DNA of 64,000 nucleotides from Flavobacteriales bacterium (GCA_038154685.1 JAYPYW010000002.1:51070-115069), one strand, 5' to 3'; positions 44,646 to 56,140 are shown, counted from the stretch's first letter. A program made the numbers and translations. Notes: a model not told the origin generated them from the sequence alone.

Positions 44646-47102
44646 CTATTTTTTAATTATCCTTTCAGTAGAAATTTCATTATTAATCTTAAGGAAGTAA
44701 ATCCCAGATGGAAGTCCAGTCATATCGACATTAACAGAAAGTGAATTCGGTTTTTCAACTAAAACCTTAGCTCCTGTGAAATTAAACACCTCCAATTCCT
44801 CAATCATTAGATCCGATTTAATTTTAAACTTTCCTGCCGATGGATTAGGCCATACAATGATTACTGCGCCTGATTTAGTTTGCTCTTCCATAGAAGTTAA
44901 AAGCGTTATCATGCAGAACTCTTCGTTTGCTAATTCATTCTCAACCCTTAAAAGAATAGAATCGGCCTCGATGTTAAAGAGCTCCGCATAATAACTACCC
45001 TCATTACAATCTCTTATTTTACTCCATGATGATGCAGTTGGTAGATTAGAATTCCACCAATTAGATTCGTAAATAGCTCCTTCATAATTAACTCGATCTT
45101 TAGCGTTATAAATTTTCCCGCCAACATAATCTGGATAAGCTGAACACAAATTATAATCACCCAACATTTCAAATTCATAACAATCTTCCACCAAACAGAA
45201 ATCTTGTGTTACTTGAGCATCTCCTGTTTCAAACTCAATAGATGAGCTTTGATTTACTAAAGCACTTCCATTTGATAATTTCCATGTAAACGGACTTTCA
45301 GAATTGTACATTAATAAACTAGTTCGGAACTGAATATGTGTCCCAGATGATAAATTATAGGAAGTTTGATATACATTATTTGAAAGAATTACCTCATCAA
45401 CTCCAGCAGGAGCTAAAACTTCAAATTTTAAATTATTAGCGCCCAATTCCTCCACTTTAAGGTCTTCAAATTCAAAGGTTTCTTTACTATCTAATGTTGT
45501 GCTAATAGGATGAGAACTGTACAACACATTATTAACAAATAATAGTAAGTTCCCGCCTTCAATTGGACTTTCACCCATGTTTTTAATGATTACATTCCCT
45601 GTGATATCATCACCACATAAGGACTCAAAACCATTTACTTCGGCAATAGATAAATCATAATCTGGCTTTTTTGAAGTAGGTAAACTTCCATTGATATCAT
45701 AATATCCAAATGAACTGTAAGTTGTAAAACCATCGTTAGCTGTGTTTTCTGATCCAGAGGCAATTATCAAATAATACTTTCCGGAAGGTAAAGTTTCCTT
45801 AATCAAACCCGATCTATTCCCAACATGATTATCTGTTGCCAAAACATCTCCTGATTCATTTTCTAATGTAATATGAACATCTAAATTCGTATGCTCCACT
45901 GATGTTCCTACATTTAAATCCACCGGTCCGTCTTCTGTTAATTCAAACTGGAAAGTATCAACGTCTAATCGATTTTCAATTATTCCATTATTATCTTCTC
46001 TATTTAAGGTATCTCCTTTACCAATAACCAAGGTTTGAATGGCATTTTTATCGTCTTCTGCAAAACCTAAATGACTACCTATGATTTCTAAATCATCTTG
46101 TGCCTGACTAGCAAATTCGTATTCGCCTAAACTCCATGTCACAAACTTTCTTCCGTAACTGGTTCCCATAATTGGGGCCCAGTCAGCATGACCATCATAA
46201 TAAGGTATACTAGGGCCAGGCCACATAGTACCATCATGAAACAGCCCCAAACCATGACCAATTTCATGACTTCCTATGTGTGCAATGGCAATTAAATCTT
46301 CACTTGAATTTTTACTGTTGACTAAACTTCCGCTTCCTGTCCCAAAAATGTTCACTAAAGAAAGTCCTCCCACTTTATTTAAGCCAGTACAATGTCCAAT
46401 CACTAACTTCATTTTTTTAGTTTCATCATAAGTATCAAAAACAGCATGATCAGTGGTAATATTAACGTCAAACATGATAAAATCAGCAGCGATTACCTCC
46501 CAAACTTTTCGCATTTGATCAGACGTATATTCCGAGTCGTAAACTTCCGGAAATCTGTATCCCCAACCGGAAATATCTTCTCCGTCAAAATCTAACAGTA
46601 TAGCCGTTTCTGCTCCCGATCTACTTTGTAAATTGTAAGCATTCGCTGTTAAATTGTTTCCTAGCGGTAGCTGTTGTTCGTCACGATATTCGTAATGCTT
46701 GGTTGGATGATGATCATGAAGTAATGATCCTTTTTCGTTGGGAAGAACTTGCTCTAAATCTGTCTCTACAAAAAAGGATCCCAACTTTGATTCTTGAAAA
46801 CTGTAAACTTTGTTTTTTGAGTAATCTATTAAGAAACCTCTTGAACTTTCAGCAAATGTTTTGATGGAGAAATAAACTAAATCAGTTTTATCGGATCCGG
46901 TAACTACAGAAGTGCTTTCTGATTTAATAAAATTCAATTTAATCATACGAATAATTTGATCACTTGTGCGAAGGTTAACATGAGCGGATCGTTTGCTAAA
47001 AAGATCTTTTATTGATTGTTCTAAATAAATTGTATCGTTTTGTGCGATAGCTATCGAAATATTCAAAATAGCTAAAACAATTAGGGTAAATTTTAATTTC
47101 AT
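44646..47102 (-). CDS. Secreted metzincin zinc metalloprotease with a chitin-binding (CBM5/12-like) domain and a T9SS type-A sorting domain
   Basis: The likely start is the Met at 47102 (MKLKFTLIVLAILNISIAIAQ). HEIGHGLGLFHD matches HExxHxxGxxHD. The aromatic block CSAYPDYVGGKIYNAKDRVNYEGAIYESNWWNSN matches CBM5/12. C-terminus VWPNPSAGKFKIKSD...GIYFLKINNEISTERIIKK. Confidence 0.6.
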   Translation of the reverse strand: MKLKFTLIVLAILNISIAIAQNDTIYLEQSIKDLFSKRSAHVNLRTSDQIIRMIKLNFIKSESTSVVTGSDKTDLVYFSIKTFAESSRGFLIDYSKNKVYSFQESKLGSFFVETDLEQVLPNEKGSLLHDHHPTKHYEYRDEQQLPLGNNLTANAYNLQSRSGAETAILLDFDGEDISGWGYRFPEVYDSEYTSDQMRKVWEVIAADFIMFDVNITTDHAVFDTYDETKKMKLVIGHCTGLNKVGGLSLVNIFGTGSGSLVNSKNSSEDLIAIAHIGSHEIGHGLGLFHDGTMWPGPSIPYYDGHADWAPIMGTSYGRKFVTWSLGEYEFASQAQDDLEIIGSHLGFAEDDKNAIQTLVIGKGDTLNREDNNGIIENRLDVDTFQFELTEDGPVDLNVGTSVEHTNLDVHITLENESGDVLATDNHVGNRSGLIKETLPSGKYYLIIASGSENTANDGFTTYSSFGYYDINGSLPTSKKPDYDLSIAEVNGFESLCGDDITGNVIIKNMGESPIEGGNLLLFVNNVLYSSHPISTTLDSKETFEFEDLKVEELGANNLKFEVLAPAGVDEVILSNNVYQTSYNLSSGTHIQFRTSLLMYNSESPFTWKLSNGSALVNQSSSIEFETGDAQVTQDFCLVEDCYEFEMLGDYNLCSAYPDYVGGKIYNAKDRVNYEGAIYESNWWNSNLPTASSWSKIRDCNEGSYYAELFNIEADSILLRVENELANEEFCMITLLTSMEEQTKSGAVIIVWPNPSAGKFKIKSDLMIEELEVFNFTGAKVLVEKPNSLSVNVDMTGLPSGIYFLKINNEISTERIIKK

Positions 47103-47372
47103 AAGGCTTGATTTTGGTTCAAATCTCGATTTAAAACAAGGGAGGTGTAAAACCAAAAACCTAGAGTTTTTTACATTTCGGAAACCCTATTAAATATTAC
47201 AAAGTTTTGATTTAAAGTTGATTAATATTTTTTAACCCTACATTTTACTCAATCTAAACAAGAATCAATATTCAATAAACTATATCTCATATAACATAAT
47301 TCTATCGTTTTAAATTTTAAATAACTTTTGTTTATTATAGATTTAGATTCATAATCGAAAACTATTAGAAAA

Positions 47373-48011
<639 letters not shown>

Positions 48012-48032
48012 TAACCTAAAAAACCAATAATT

Positions 48033-48344
48033 ATGTTACAGGAGTTAGATCAAGATAATTTACAAGAGATTGTAAATTCGAACGATAAAGTCATCGTACA
48101 ATATTCTGCTGGATGGTGTGGAAATTGTAGAATGATTAAACCAAAATTTAAGCGTTACAGTCAGGAAACTGAAGGGGTACAATTTGTATTAGTTGATGCG
48201 GAAAAATTCCCTCAATCTCGTCAGTTAGCCAACGTAAATAACTTGCCAACATTTGCGGCTTTCGAAGGAGGTGCTTTTAAGGATCAAATTCAAACTAACA
48301 AGGCGGATGTACTAAAGGATTTTATTGATGGAGTGAGCAAATAA
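48033..48344 (+). CDS. Thioredoxin-family protein
   Basis: 103 aa with a WCGNC active site. It is co-oriented directly after the peroxiredoxin. Confidence 0.65.
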   Translation: MLQELDQDNLQEIVNSNDKVIVQYSAGWCGNCRMIKPKFKRYSQETEGVQFVLVDAEKFPQSRQLANVNNLPTFAAFEGGAFKDQIQTNKADVLKDFIDGVSK

Positions 48345-48390
48345 GCTCACTTCCTTCAATAATTTAAAGAACAACTAAAAACAAAGTATC

Positions 48391-48648
48391 ATGAAATTAC
48401 CCGTTATAAAACACTTAAATAATTTCATCACCGAGAACGATGAAGACTACATAAACGAAACGCTTGAAGTTTTAGAAGATTTGGCAGAAGCTAAAGGTTT
48501 AAAAGATGAAGAGTTAGATGTAATTGGAGAGCTAATCTCTAACATGTATGGAGCGCTTGAAGTAAACAAAATGATTAAAGACGGAACTCCAGAAAAAGAG
48601 GCGTTAAATACTTTTATGCAGCGTGTTTTAGGATCTATTGATCAGTAG
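48391..48648 (+). CDS. Hypothetical small acidic protein
   Basis: 85 aa, helical, no recognisable motif. It is the third gene of the Prx/Trx group. Confidence 0.3.
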   Translation: MKLPVIKHLNNFITENDEDYINETLEVLEDLAEAKGLKDEELDVIGELISNMYGALEVNKMIKDGTPEKEALNTFMQRVLGSIDQ

Positions 48649-48724
48649 GAAAAAGCCCCCTCAGCCTGCGCCAGTTTCCCCAAAGGTGAAGCACTTCACT
48701 TAGGTTCTTATTCTTCGAATTTAA

Positions 48725-49840
48725 TTAAGCAGGAACCTTAGCGAATTGCTTTAATATTTGGTAATGCCTACCAATCGCCTTAAAGAAACTACCATTGGTG
48801 TAGTAAGGAACATCAAACTCTTTTGCTGTTTCTCTTACAATTTTGGAAAGTTTGCGATAGTGAACATGGCAAATTCCAGAGAACAAGTGGTGCTCAATTT
48901 GATAGTTTAAACCTCCAATATACCAACTGAATAATCTGCTCTTTTGGGAAAAGTTCGCAGTAGTTTGTAATTGGTGAATGTGCCAACTGTTTTCTATTAC
49001 ATTGTCCGAATTTTCCTTTGGGAAATCCATCTCAGGCATTACGTGCGCTAATTGGAAAATTAAACTCAAAATTAAGCTACATACATAATGCATCAAGAAC
49101 CAACCTAGTAATGTTGTTCCAACTGGTAAATCCAAAACGAATATTGGTAACACTAAGATGTAAGAAAAGTAAAATAGCTTCCAAAGAATTATAATGGCTA
49201 ACTCCTTTCCATAATCTTCTTCCTTGATTAATCCTTTTCTTTTAAAACGACCAACCTGTAATAAATCCTTCCACATTACCCAGCCAAACGTCATTAAACC
49301 GTATGCAAAAATGAAGAATCTATGTTGATATTTATGAATTGGTTTATGCTCATGGTGAGGGGAAAACCTGAAAAATCCTGGTCCATCAATATCCTCATCC
49401 ATCCCTTCTACATTAGTAAAAGTATGGTGCAAAACATTATGCTGAAGTTTCCAAAGCATTGCACTTCCTCCGACAACATTTAACAATAAGCCCATTAAAC
49501 GGTTAACTGTTTTGTTTCGCGAAAAAGCTCCATGGTTTCCGTCGTGCATGATAGATAAACCTATACCTGCCATTCCTACACCACTTAAACACCATAGTCC
49601 AATTACGGCCCAGGTATTAGTCACTGTACTTGTAAAAATCACAGCTAAAGGCGCAAAAAACATAGTAATCATCGTGAAAGATTTGAAAAACATATTAAAG
49701 TTCCCGTATCTATCAATTTTATTGCTCTTAAAGTATTCGTCTACTCTTTGCTTAAGTACTTTTGAAAACTCTGGACGGAAATTCTTATCGAATTTAATGG
49801 TGTTTGACCTCATTACTTGCAAGGTACGACTAATAAACAT
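48725..49840 (-). CDS. Membrane fatty-acid desaturase. Paralog of 16467..17582.
   Basis: His boxes HDGNHGA, HNVLHH(TFTN), and HQIEHHLFS. Same length (371 aa) and architecture as the other copy. Confidence 0.8.
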   Translation of the reverse strand: MFISRTLQVMRSNTIKFDKNFRPEFSKVLKQRVDEYFKSNKIDRYGNFNMFFKSFTMITMFFAPLAVIFTSTVTNTWAVIGLWCLSGVGMAGIGLSIMHDGNHGAFSRNKTVNRLMGLLLNVVGGSAMLWKLQHNVLHHTFTNVEGMDEDIDGPGFFRFSPHHEHKPIHKYQHRFFIFAYGLMTFGWVMWKDLLQVGRFKRKGLIKEEDYGKELAIIILWKLFYFSYILVLPIFVLDLPVGTTLLGWFLMHYVCSLILSLIFQLAHVMPEMDFPKENSDNVIENSWHIHQLQTTANFSQKSRLFSWYIGGLNYQIEHHLFSGICHVHYRKLSKIVRETAKEFDVPYYTNGSFFKAIGRHYQILKQFAKVPA

Positions 49841-49980
49841 GGGAAACCAGTAAATCGATTTTACTTATAAACATTGAAATTTGTTAATATTTCATAAGGA
49901 TGGAAATGTTTCAAAAATCATGATGGATGTCATTTTTACTTGGTTCTAAATATCATAGTTTTGACATCAAATTGATTAAC

Positions 49981-51075
49981 ATGAAAATCTACTTTCATTT
50001 TTTGCTAATTGGCGCTCTTGCTTTAGTTGGTTGTTCTGAGAAAAAACAGATTACCAAGCCTACGATTTCTGATTTTACAACATCAGTGTATGCTTCTGCG
50101 GAAGTTCGGCCAGAAAACTATTACTTAGTATACGCCTCTTCGCCAGGTATTCTGGAGGACTGGTTTGTAGAAGTAGGCGATACTGTTAAAAAAGGGCAGT
50201 TAATCGCACAATTAAAAAACGATAATTCTCAGATAAATTTTGAATCTGCAGAGCTATCTAATCAATTAGCTTCAGAGAAGTACAAAGGAAAGGCAAGTGC
50301 TTTAAAGGGTATTGAAACTGAAATTGCTGCCTCCAAAAAGCAATTGGTAATCGACAGTACTAACTATGCCAGATTAGCTAAACTTTGGCAACAAAAAATA
50401 GGGGCTTTATCGGATTTAGAAGCTGCTCAATTGAGGTATGATTTGACTAAAAATAGATTGGATAATTTGGAACAGCGTTTACATTCCTCTCAAGTAGAAT
50501 TAAAAAATGCTTACCTGCAATCCGAAAAGAATTTAAAAGTTGCGTTATCTCAATTAGGTGATTTTGGAGTGAAGGCCGTTGTTGATGGAAAGGTTTTCGA
50601 TACCAAGAAAAAAGTTGGGGAATTAGTTACGATTCAAGAACCAATTGCAGCAATTGGATCCGATAAAACTTTTATGATTGAAATGTGGGTTGATGAAGTC
50701 GATATCTCAAAGGTAAGAATTGGTCAGAAGGTTTATATCCGATTAGACGCCTATTCTGAAAAGGCTTTTGAAGCTTCTGTAGCTAAAATTTACCCTGAGA
50801 AAAACACCAAAAATCAATCGTTTAAAGTTGAAGCTAATTTTAACAAAGCACCAAAGCAGTTGTATTCTGGATTATCTGGAGAGGCTAATATTGTTCTGAA
50901 TGAAAAATCAAATGCATTGATTTTACCTCAAGAATTCTTGTTATCTGATAATACGGTTCTCACTAACGAGGGAATTATAACGATCACTGCGGGAGAGAAG
51001 AACATGTCGCATGTTGAAATTCTTTCAGGGGTTGATACAAATACTGTAATAGTTCATCCGTCGCACAATGAGTGA
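49981..51075 (+). CDS. HlyD-family membrane-fusion (periplasmic adaptor) protein of a tripartite ABC exporter
   Basis: Start moved to the Met at 49981, which gives a signal/lipobox (LLIGALALVGCSEKK). Coiled-coil hairpin and barrel-sandwich segments follow. Confidence 0.65.
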   Translation: MKIYFHFLLIGALALVGCSEKKQITKPTISDFTTSVYASAEVRPENYYLVYASSPGILEDWFVEVGDTVKKGQLIAQLKNDNSQINFESAELSNQLASEKYKGKASALKGIETEIAASKKQLVIDSTNYARLAKLWQQKIGALSDLEAAQLRYDLTKNRLDNLEQRLHSSQVELKNAYLQSEKNLKVALSQLGDFGVKAVVDGKVFDTKKKVGELVTIQEPIAAIGSDKTFMIEMWVDEVDISKVRIGQKVYIRLDAYSEKAFEASVAKIYPEKNTKNQSFKVEANFNKAPKQLYSGLSGEANIVLNEKSNALILPQEFLLSDNTVLTNEGIITITAGEKNMSHVEILSGVDTNTVIVHPSHNE

Positions 51076-52324
51076 TTTTGGTTTAATATTTAAAATAACT
51101 AGAACCCATCTTTTATCGAGGAAGAAGCAATCTGCCATTGCTGCTCTTGGTGTTACATTTGGGATTGGAACCTTCATTATCATGATGGGATTCATGACGG
51201 GATTGAACGGCTTGTTGGACGGTTTAATCCTTAACAGAACTCCACATGTTCAAATATTTAATGAAATTGAACCTAGTGAAGTTCAACCAATAGAAATGGC
51301 ACTACCTGAACAAGTTCATTTCGTTCAATCGGTAAAACCCGTTACCAACGCAGCTAAAATTCATAATGCTTTACCATTAATGGCTGAACTAAGGCGGGAC
51401 AAAAGGGTTAAAGGAGTTACTTCTCAATTAAGCGCAAAGATTTTTTACGCAGCTGGGGCAAGTGACTTAAATGGAGTCGCAACCGGAGTTAATATCGAAG
51501 AAGAGGATCGACTTTACAATATTTCCAACTATATAACCAGCGGGGACTTTCAGGGAATAATGAAAGAAAAAAATACGATCATTTTAGGTGCTGGAATTGC
51601 TAAGAAATTAAGCTTAAGAATTGGGGATAAGATCCAGTTAAAAAATACCATGGGCGCTATTTTCCCGATGAAAATTGTAGCCCTTTATCAAAGTGGTTTA
51701 GCTGAAGTAGATAACATTCAAAGTTTTGTTAATCTTGGAACTGCACAAAGATTAATGGGGGTTGGAAACAACTACATCACTAATGTGAATGTAAAGCTGA
51801 ATGATGTAAACCAGGCCTTGGATTTTTCGAAAGAAATGACGCGCAGGTTTAATGTAAACGCCTTAGATATTAATACTGCCAATGCTCAATTTGATACAGG
51901 AACAAGCATTCGAAACTTAATTACCTATGCTGTTTCGGTTACACTACTTGTGGTTGCTGGATTTGGTATTTACAACATCCTAAACATGTTTATTTACGAA
52001 AAAATGGATGACATTGCCATTCTAAAAGCCACAGGGTTTGCGGCTAGTGATGTATCAAAAATATTCATTTCACAAGCTATTCTAATTGGATTCTTCGGAG
52101 GGTTGTTCGGATTAATATTCGGGTTCGTTGTCTCCTGGTTAATCAGTCAGACACCATTTGATACCGAAGCGCTTCCAACAGTAAAAACCTACCCTGTAAA
52201 CTTTAACCCAGGCTACTATGTATTTGGGATGATATTCGCCATGGTTTCAACCTTTTTAGCAGGCTATCTTCCATCAAGAAAAGCGAAGAAAATTGATCCA
52301 GTTGAAATAATTAGAGGAAAGTAA
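51068..52324 (+). CDS. ABC transporter permease (FtsX/MacB-type)
   Basis: N-terminal TM, large periplasmic domain, then three C-terminal TM helices in an FtsX-like arrangement. Overlaps neighbours by 8 nt and 1 nt (operon). Confidence 0.7.
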   Translation: MSDFGLIFKITRTHLLSRKKQSAIAALGVTFGIGTFIIMMGFMTGLNGLLDGLILNRTPHVQIFNEIEPSEVQPIEMALPEQVHFVQSVKPVTNAAKIHNALPLMAELRRDKRVKGVTSQLSAKIFYAAGASDLNGVATGVNIEEEDRLYNISNYITSGDFQGIMKEKNTIILGAGIAKKLSLRIGDKIQLKNTMGAIFPMKIVALYQSGLAEVDNIQSFVNLGTAQRLMGVGNNYITNVNVKLNDVNQALDFSKEMTRRFNVNALDINTANAQFDTGTSIRNLITYAVSVTLLVVAGFGIYNILNMFIYEKMDDIAILKATGFAASDVSKIFISQAILIGFFGGLFGLIFGFVVSWLISQTPFDTEALPTVKTYPVNFNPGYYVFGMIFAMVSTFLAGYLPSRKAKKIDPVEIIRGK

Positions 52325-52992
52325 TGAGTTTATTAAAAACAGAAAATATCAATAAATACTTCCGTGATCCTGTATTGTTTCACGCTTTAAAGGATGTTAC
52401 TTTCGAATTGCAAAAAGGAGAATTTGCTTCCATCATGGGGAAGTCTGGATGTGGTAAATCAACCTTATTATATATCCTTTCTACAATGGATACTGATTAC
52501 GAAGGTAAACTCTATTTTAATGACGAATTAATTACCAATAAATCTGCCGAAGAACTCGCTAAATTACGAAACGAACATATTGGTTTTGTTTTCCAATTCC
52601 ATTACCTACTCCCTGAATTTTCTGTCCTAGAAAACGTTATGTTTCCAGGTTTGAAATTGGCCAAGAAATCGAAAGAAGAAGTGGAGTTTGATGCAATGGA
52701 AAAGTTGAAGTTGCTGGGCATGGAAAGTCAAGCTTTAAAGGGTGCGAACAAACTTTCTGGTGGCCAGAAACAACGTGTTGCTATAGCACGTGCTTTGATT
52801 AATAACCCAAATATTATAATGGGTGATGAACCTACTGGAAACTTGGATTCTAAAAACTCAGATAACGTTTTTAATATTTTCAAAGAGTTAAATCAAACAG
52901 AGGACTTATCATTGCTAGTTGTTACTCATGATACTGAGTTTGCCGAAAAAACTGATCGGATCATCGAAATGGGTGATGGTATGATTATTTGA
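52324..52992 (+). CDS. ABC transporter ATP-binding protein (MacB/LolD-type)
   Basis: Walker [10 protein letters not shown], signature LSGGQKQR, Walker [14 protein letters not shown]-loop VVTHD. Confidence 0.85.
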   Translation: MSLLKTENINKYFRDPVLFHALKDVTFELQKGEFASIMGKSGCGKSTLLYILSTMDTDYEGKLYFNDELITNKSAEELAKLRNEHIGFVFQFHYLLPEFSVLENVMFPGLKLAKKSKEEVEFDAMEKLKLLGMESQALKGANKLSGGQKQRVAIARALINNPNIIMGDEPTGNLDSKNSDNVFNIFKELNQTEDLSLLVVTHDTEFAEKTDRIIEMGDGMII

Positions 52993-53001
52993 CTTTGAAA
53001 G

Positions 53002-53135
53002 TCGCCCGCGGATCCCGCTAATCTCACAGATCATTTATGGAACAACAAAGTTGTTCTTTATTATCCTTTAAGTATAGATTAAAAGAGCTTTGCACTTAAA
53101 GAGAAATCTATGAAATTAGCGGGATCCGCGGGCGA
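53002..53135. repeat. MITE-like element of 134 bp with perfect 21-bp terminal inverted repeats
   Basis: TCGCCCGCGGATCCCGCTAAT at 53002-53022 and its exact reverse complement at 53115-53135. The interior is AT-rich with a sub-hairpin ggaacaacaaagttgttc. It is GC-rich relative to the genome. The arm motif recurs at 21646 and 36035. Confidence 0.5.
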
Positions 53136-53141
53136 AATAAT

Positions 53142-53909
53142 CTATTTGATAAAACTTAAAGCAGTGTTATTAAACTGCTCATAGGCTTCTACGTTTACAA
53201 TGTGTCCGCAATTAGGGATAACCACCAAATCGGAATTTGGGTTTCTACCTACAAAATCCTTTATGGGTGGTAAAAACATATAGTCCTCGTCTCCCATTAC
53301 AAATAGCGTTGGAACATTCACAGTTTTTTGTCTGAATATCTTAAGCACTTTATTTACATCAGTAGTCAACTTATACCACTTCATGAACTCTTTTTGATAG
53401 AGCTTTTTAGCCTCTTTTACAAAGATGTTTCTAGAGGGCTTGTGCTTCTTTCTTGGTAAAATAATAAAAGCGAAAAGTCTGTAAAGTAACATGTAAGGAA
53501 GAATGGATTTCAACCAATAGCCAACCTTCATTAATATTTGACTTTGGAAATTCAATTTTAAAATGGCTCCAGCCAATAACATTGAGTCTACACGTTCTGG
53601 GTGCTTTTCAGCAATTTCTCTAATCAAAATTGTACCTAAAGAAATACCTATGAAATGTGAAGATTTAATATTTAAATGATCCAGTACTTCCACTACATCC
53701 TGCGCAACAAACTCAAAAGAATATTTCCGAACTGTTTTAAGATTTAGTTTCGATTTACCATGTCCGCGGAGGTCAACTAAAAGCACATTATACTTTTCCT
53801 TAAAAGCTTTTATTTGTCGGAACCAAACACTTGAAGAACCGCCTGCCCCATGCACAAATGTTACCCATTGGGTACTCGTAGGATGATTATATGTGGTGTA
53901 ATGTAACAC
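53142..53909 (-). CDS. Alpha/beta-hydrolase fold protein
   Basis: HGAGGSS oxyanion region, nucleophile elbow GISLG, C-terminal His (NCGHIV). 255 aa. Confidence 0.6.
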   Translation of the reverse strand: MLHYTTYNHPTSTQWVTFVHGAGGSSSVWFRQIKAFKEKYNVLLVDLRGHGKSKLNLKTVRKYSFEFVAQDVVEVLDHLNIKSSHFIGISLGTILIREIAEKHPERVDSMLLAGAILKLNFQSQILMKVGYWLKSILPYMLLYRLFAFIILPRKKHKPSRNIFVKEAKKLYQKEFMKWYKLTTDVNKVLKIFRQKTVNVPTLFVMGDEDYMFLPPIKDFVGRNPNSDLVVIPNCGHIVNVEAYEQFNNTALSFIK

Positions 53910-53947
53910 AGATAGGAAACGAAATGTTAATTTGAAATGTGGTTTAT

Positions 53948-55933
53948 TTAAGCAGACTGAGACTCTGAGCTTGAAACGTTTTTATTAACGTTAAGCATTT
54001 CTTTAGCCGTTTTAATAATAGCTGCTTTATCATAGTTACACTCAGCATGTAATTCTTCTTGCGTTCCGTGCTCGATGTATTTATCAGGAATTCCTAATCG
54101 CTTGATCTGAGCATTATAACCGTTATCGGCCATGAACTCGATGATAGCACTTCCCATTCCTCCAACAACACATCCGTCTTCAACAGTGATTACTTTGCTG
54201 AACTTCCCGAATACTTCATGTAAAAGAATCGAATCAAGTGGCTTAGCAAAACGCATATCATAATGAGCAGCGTCAACACCAGCTTCAGCAAGCTCTTTAC
54301 AAGCATCAACTGCATAGTTACCAACATGACCTAAAGAAAGAATAGCAACGTCATTCCCGTTTTTAACCTTTCTACCTGTACCGATCTTAATTTCCTTGAA
54401 TGGTGTTTTCCATTCTGTCATCACTCCTTTACCTCTTGGATAACGGATTGAGAAAGGACCTTTATCTGGTAATTGAGCCGTGTACATCATGTTTCTTAAC
54501 TCTTCTTCATTCATTGGTGAGGCAACAACGATATTAGGAATACATCTCATGTAAGCAATATCATAAGCACCATGGTGTGTTGGTCCGTCAGCCCCTGCAA
54601 TTCCAGCACGATCTAAACAAAACACAACATTTAAGTTTTGAAGCGCAACGTCATGAATCACTTGATCATAAGCACGCTGCATAAAAGAAGAGTAAATATT
54701 ACAAAAAGGAACTAATCCTTGAGTAGCTAATCCTGCCGAGAAAGTCACGGCATGTTGTTCGGCAATTCCAACATCGAAAGAACGATCGGGCATTGCTTTC
54801 ATCATGATATTTAAAGAACTACCCGTTGGCATTGCCGGCGTAATTCCCATGATTTTTTCATTCTTTTCGGCTAATTCAACGATTGAGTGTCCGAAAACAT
54901 CTTGGTACTTTGGAGGTTGAGGACTTTTTGGAGTCACTTTTACAATCTCCCCAGTATCCTTGTTAAACAATCCCGGTGCGTGCCACTGAGTTTGATTTCC
55001 AGACTCAGCTGGTTCGTAACCTTTACCTTTCTTAGTTAAAACATGTAATATTTTTGGACCAGGAATATCCTTTAAGTCCTTAAACGTTTTTACTAAATGC
55101 TTAACATCGTGCCCGTCAACAGGACCGAAATATCTGAAGTTGAATGATTCAAATAAATTGGAAGTTCCTAAAACAGAAGTTTTAACTGCATCCTGAATTT
55201 TAGAAGCAATCGATTGAGCATTTGGTCCGAATTTACTGATGTGACCTAATAAATTCCAAACCTCATCTTTTACCTTATTATAAGCGGCAGATGTAGTAAT
55301 ATCGGTAAGGTATTCATTGAGCGCAGTAACGTTAGGATCAATCGACATACAGTTGTCGTTTAACACCACTAACAAATTACTATTCTCAACACCACCATGG
55401 TTTAAAGCTTCGAAAGCCATTCCGGCAGTCATTGCTCCATCACCAATAACGGCAATATGTTGTTTATCTTTCTGACCTAAATATTTACTAGCAACACTCA
55501 TTCCTAGTGCTCCAGAAATGGATGTAGAAGAGTGCCCAACACCAAAAGTATCGTACTCACTTTCTGATCTTTTTGGGAAACCGCTTAATCCACCATAAAC
55601 TCTTTGAGAAGGAAAATCATCACGACGACCAGTGATAATTTTATGACCATACGCTTGGTGACCAACGTCCCAAACTAACTGATCTTCTGGAGTATTAAAA
55701 GCATAATGAAGTGCGGTTGTTAGTTCCACTACCCCAAGACTGGCACCGAAGTGACCTCCTTTTTGGGAAACAACCTCAACAATATAATCCCTCAATTCAT
55801 CACAAAACTGTGGTAAATCCTTCGATCTCAACTCCTTTAGATCCTTTGGACTATTAACTGCTTTTAATAATTCTCCTTGCTTAAACTCCATGTCGTTCGC
55901 CAAACGCAAATTTAGGTAAAATAATGGCTCCAA
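53948..55933 (-). CDS. dxs: 1-deoxy-D-xylulose-5-phosphate synthase
   Basis: 661 aa. TPP-binding GDG motif (IAVIGDGAMTAGMAFEALN). Transketolase-like pyrimidine-binding and C-terminal domains. N-terminus ...LRDYIVEVVSQKGGHFGASLG is typical of Dxs. Confidence 0.9.
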   Translation of the reverse strand: MEPLFYLNLRLANDMEFKQGELLKAVNSPKDLKELRSKDLPQFCDELRDYIVEVVSQKGGHFGASLGVVELTTALHYAFNTPEDQLVWDVGHQAYGHKIITGRRDDFPSQRVYGGLSGFPKRSESEYDTFGVGHSSTSISGALGMSVASKYLGQKDKQHIAVIGDGAMTAGMAFEALNHGGVENSNLLVVLNDNCMSIDPNVTALNEYLTDITTSAAYNKVKDEVWNLLGHISKFGPNAQSIASKIQDAVKTSVLGTSNLFESFNFRYFGPVDGHDVKHLVKTFKDLKDIPGPKILHVLTKKGKGYEPAESGNQTQWHAPGLFNKDTGEIVKVTPKSPQPPKYQDVFGHSIVELAEKNEKIMGITPAMPTGSSLNIMMKAMPDRSFDVGIAEQHAVTFSAGLATQGLVPFCNIYSSFMQRAYDQVIHDVALQNLNVVFCLDRAGIAGADGPTHHGAYDIAYMRCIPNIVVASPMNEEELRNMMYTAQLPDKGPFSIRYPRGKGVMTEWKTPFKEIKIGTGRKVKNGNDVAILSLGHVGNYAVDACKELAEAGVDAAHYDMRFAKPLDSILLHEVFGKFSKVITVEDGCVVGGMGSAIIEFMADNGYNAQIKRLGIPDKYIEHGTQEELHAECNYDKAAIIKTAKEMLNVNKNVSSSESQSA

Positions 55934-56093
55934 TAAAGGTATTTTAACGAATAAACGGAGTATTTAACCGGCTTTAACTTATTATTTGTTCCAACAACCA
56001 TGGAAACCATTCAGCATCCATTTTGTTCCTTTCAACACTTTTTCATCTGGTTTTAGGGAATAGTTAATAAAATTTGCGTGGGAAAATTTTTCG

Positions 56094-56131
56094 TACCAGA
56101 AACATAATTAACCAAAAAATGTTTCCTGGTA
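56094..56131. promoter_or_regulatory. Candidate TetR operator. 12/13-nt inverted repeat with a 13-nt spacer.
   Basis: The sequence is TACCAGAAACAT-aattaaccaaaaa-ATGTTTCCTGGTA, 10-30 nt upstream of the TetR-family gene that heads the efflux operon. Confidence 0.3.
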
Positions 56132-56140
56132 AACGTTTTT

